NCBI GenBank assembly: GCA_963666275.2
Contig: CAXXOA010000002.1
Span: 800,001-864,000, forward strand
Direction of reading: 5' to 3'
Length of the DNA: 64,000 nucleotides
Source: Oceanispirochaeta sp.
GTDB lineage: Bacteria > Spirochaetota > Spirochaetia > DSM-2461
Shown here: positions 61,420-64,000 of the stretch, in pieces
Numbering within the stretch: the first letter of the stretch is position 1
Layout of the letters: each line of letters starts with the position of its first letter
Translations under genes and position numbers: made by a program
Notes under the pieces: model-generated
The model's input: only the letters and a program-made list of their open reading frames with translations
Databases searched by the model: none
Told to the model about the DNA's origin: nothing

Positions 61420-62817
61420 GTGGATATCTTTACTGCAGCTATCTCAAAAATTAACAGTTTTGCCTGGGGACCGGTTATGATCATTTTTCTGGTCGGTACA
61501 GGAATTCTTCTCTCGGTTTTAACAGGATTTGTACAGTTTCGTAAACTGGGAATGGCTTTTCGCCTTCTCTTTTCAAAGGACCATCAGGGTGAAGGGGATA
61601 TTACTCCCTTTCAGGCTCTGATGACCTCTCTTTCCGCAACAATCGGTACAGGAAATATTGCCGGTGTTGCAACGGCTATTGCCCTGGGAGGGCCTGGTGC
61701 CGTGTTCTGGATGTGGGTTACCGCTGCTTTCGGCGGAGCTACAAAGTTTGGTGAAGCCGTACTGGCTATCCGCTATAGGGAAGTCAACGAAAAAGGTGAA
61801 CAGTCCGGCGGCCCCATGTATTACATTAAAAACGGGATGAAAGAGAAGTTCGGCGGCAACTGGGCCTGGCTGGGATGGCTTTTTGCTTTCTTCGGTGTGG
61901 TGGCTTCCTTCGGTATCGGAAATATGGTTCAGTCCAACTCTGTAGCCGATGCGATTGAACTCAGTTTCGGCGTTCCCCTCTGGGTTACAGGAATTGTTAT
62001 CACAGTTCTTACCGGTCTGGTTATCATCGGAGGGATCAAATCCATTGCCAAGGTAACATCCAAGATCGTTCCCTTTATGGCACTTTTTTATGTTCTTGGT
62101 TCCCTTATTGTCCTGATTACCAAGGCCGGAATGGTTCCTGCCGCTTTCAATCTCATCTTTTCCCATGCTTTTTCTGCTACCGCAGTGAGCGGCGGGCTGG
62201 TCGGTACGGTTATCCGATTCGGTGTGGCCAGAGGTGTTTTTTCCAACGAAGCAGGACTGGGTAGTGCCCCTATCGCCCATGCGGCGTCCTCCAATAATAA
62301 TCCCTATACTCAGGGTCTGATCGCTTCTCTGGGATCATTCCTTGATACTCTGGTTATCTGTACCATGACAGCCCTGGTTATCCTGATTTCCGGTCTGATT
62401 ACATTCGGAGCAGACGGGCTTATGATTGTGGCGGGAGACCTGAACGGAGCCTCTCTGACAACCACTGCTTTCAACACGGCATTTCCGGGACTTGGAAAAT
62501 TCCTTGTTTCATTCGGACTGATCTTTTTTGCCTTCTCCACCATTCTCGGCTGGTTCTATTACGGGTCAAAGTGTATGGAGTATATCGGCGGAACCCGCTC
62601 TGTATCAGTTTACAAATGGGTCTTTCTTGCGGTTACCCTGCTGGGATCAATCATGAAGATCGGTATTGTCTGGGACCTGTCGGATACATTCAACGGTCTG
62701 ATGGCTATCCCCAACCTGATTGCCCTGCTGGCACTCAGCTCCATTATCCTCCAGACCTCCCGGTCCGGAAAAGTGGACATAGATCCGAAAGCGGTTCCTG
62801 CTGGAGAGCCCGCCTGA
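61420..62817 (+). CDS. Alanine/glycine:cation symporter (AGCS family)
   Basis: ATIGTGNIAGVATAI, GGPGAVFWMW, GGPMYYI and RGVFSNEAGLGSAPIAH; GTG start after GGAGG. Confidence 0.95.
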   Translation: MDIFTAAISKINSFAWGPVMIIFLVGTGILLSVLTGFVQFRKLGMAFRLLFSKDHQGEGDITPFQALMTSLSATIGTGNIAGVATAIALGGPGAVFWMWVTAAFGGATKFGEAVLAIRYREVNEKGEQSGGPMYYIKNGMKEKFGGNWAWLGWLFAFFGVVASFGIGNMVQSNSVADAIELSFGVPLWVTGIVITVLTGLVIIGGIKSIAKVTSKIVPFMALFYVLGSLIVLITKAGMVPAAFNLIFSHAFSATAVSGGLVGTVIRFGVARGVFSNEAGLGSAPIAHAASSNNNPYTQGLIASLGSFLDTLVICTMTALVILISGLITFGADGLMIVAGDLNGASLTTTAFNTAFPGLGKFLVSFGLIFFAFSTILGWFYYGSKCMEYIGGTRSVSVYKWVFLAVTLLGSIMKIGIVWDLSDTFNGLMAIPNLIALLALSSIILQTSRSGKVDIDPKAVPAGEPA

Positions 62818-62848
62818 GGCTGAAAATTTCAGTTTAATTCTGAAAAAC

Positions 62849-62884
62849 AAAACCCCCTATGATCATTCAGAGGGGGTTTTCTTT
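62849..62884. terminator. Bidirectional intrinsic terminator
   Basis: AAAACCCCCT / AGGGGGTTTT stem with A and T flanks, between convergent genes. Confidence 0.75.
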
Positions 62885-62966
62885 GCTATGCCTACCTGAT
62901 AAGGGGTTTCCTCTCTCCGGTTTTTTTCCCAGAGAGCGGGTTTCCCCGCAAGAGTTCTATAAGAGT

Positions 62967-64000
62967 CTAAATATGGATGGATATCAGTGAGACATCGTCA
63001 TGAAAGTGTTCGATATCCCGGACCATCTTGGACTTCTTTATGACGCTTTCATTGAAATCCTGATCCCTTCCGGCTTCAACAAGAAACCTCTGAACCACTT
63101 CCTCCCTGATCTTGGTATGAAGGATTTCCGATTCCAGCAGACCGTCTGTATAAACAACGATAATATCGTCTTCATGGAGCGGGATTTCAAGCTCCGCATA
63201 GGCCATATCCGGAAGATATCCCAGGGCGGGACCATCCACAACGTGGGATGTGCAGTTTTCCTTATTGATAATATACAAAGGCATATGTCCCGCATTCGCC
63301 AGGGTCAGGGTCCTCTTCTCTGTATCAATCAGCAGGCTGGAGAAGGTAACAAGCATCTCCCCTGAGTTTTTAAGAAGCGAGCAGAGCTGTTTGTTCAGGA
63401 GTTTCAGAAGCCGGCCCGGAGTGTAGAGTTCGCTTCTGTTTTTTTTGCTGATGGAACTTGTCAGGACCTTCAGCATGGCTGTCACAAAGGCCGGTTTGAC
63501 TCCGTGTCCAACCACATCTCCGATATTGACTAGAAATCTGGCTTCATCGAGTTTGATAATGTCGTAATAGTCTCCGCCGATTTTCATCTTTTCGTAGGGG
63601 ATATAGGAGAGTTCCACTTTGGCATTCTGTATTTCCGGTATGGTCGTATCAAGGAGCTTTTTCTGAAAATCTCCGGCGGTTTCCAGCTGGTAGTCTATCA
63701 TTTTCCGGAAAGAGTCATCATCGGTCTTCATCTGGTGGAACGACCGGGCATCCGCTATTTCAAGAAGGAGTTTATCAGGATCCCAGGGTTTGAGGATGAG
63801 TGACCGGATCCTGGCAGTGATGGCTTTCTGAATATCATCGATATCGTTGTAGGCTGTCAGCATGATCAGCTCAATATCGGGGTACTCCTTGTTCAGAGAC
63901 AGGAAAAAATCACTTCCTTTCATACCGGGCATTCTGAGGTCGGAGATTATGACGGATGTTTTGTCTGCAATCTGGGGAAGCTCCTGAAGGCACTCCAGGG
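62967..64000 (-). CDS. Response regulator with a PP2C/SpoIIE phosphatase output (5' end off the window)
   Basis: The frame stays open to the window edge (…VIISDLRMPG, REC domain); GGDYYD, IGDVVGHG, NAGH, YTDGL and DDVS. Confidence 0.9.
   Translation of the reverse strand, partial: LECLQELPQIADKTSVIISDLRMPGMKGSDFFLSLNKEYPDIELIMLTAYNDIDDIQKAITARIRSLILKPWDPDKLLLEIADARSFHQMKTDDDSFRKMIDYQLETAGDFQKKLLDTTIPEIQNAKVELSYIPYEKMKIGGDYYDIIKLDEARFLVNIGDVVGHGVKPAFVTAMLKVLTSSISKKNRSELYTPGRLLKLLNKQLCSLLKNSGEMLVTFSSLLIDTEKRTLTLANAGHMPLYIINKENCTSHVVDGPALGYLPDMAYAELEIPLHEDDIIVVYTDGLLESEILHTKIREEVVQRFLVEAGRDQDFNESVIKKSKMVRDIEHFHDDVSLISIHI

Overview
A gene-dense, ordinary-looking chromosomal window with about 50 CDSs. 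I found no rRNA, tRNA, CRISPR array, transposase or prophage. The Cys-less 'FAxGxxE'-type N-termini of the solute-binding proteins and the gene content suggest a free-living anaerobic spirochaete (inference only). Transport genes: a phosphonate/phosphate-type ABC transporter with divergent phnD, a K+-dependent Na+-type membrane pyrophosphatase, a polar amino-acid ABC transporter behind a sigma-54 promoter, SulP, feoA-feoB plus an unlisted Cys-rich mini-gene, MscS and an alanine/glycine symporter. Metabolic genes include a mannitol dehydrogenase and a GH2 beta-galactosidase. Signalling genes are abundant: an Amt-GGDEF fusion, a 7TM GGDEF, a tandem HD-GYP, a REC-HD-GYP beside a large hybrid kinase, an MCP and a REC-PP2C. 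The most notable observations are: (1) a chelatase-type AAA+/vWA gene split by an A9 / A_AAA_AAG site, where a -1 shift would yield both an I-like and a D-like subunit; (2) a ~14 kb uncharacterised catabolic region (TetR; FAD oxidoreductase / CCG Fe-S protein / FAD oxidoreductase; acylating aldehyde dehydrogenase; orphan carboxyltransferase; PAS sigma-54 activator driving a permease-SnoaL-cupin operon) with visible candidate operator and enhancer sites; (3) an ammonium transporter-diguanylate cyclase fusion; (4) a possibly pseudoknotted leader in front of a small acidic protein. All calls come from reading motifs by eye; no database searches were run.
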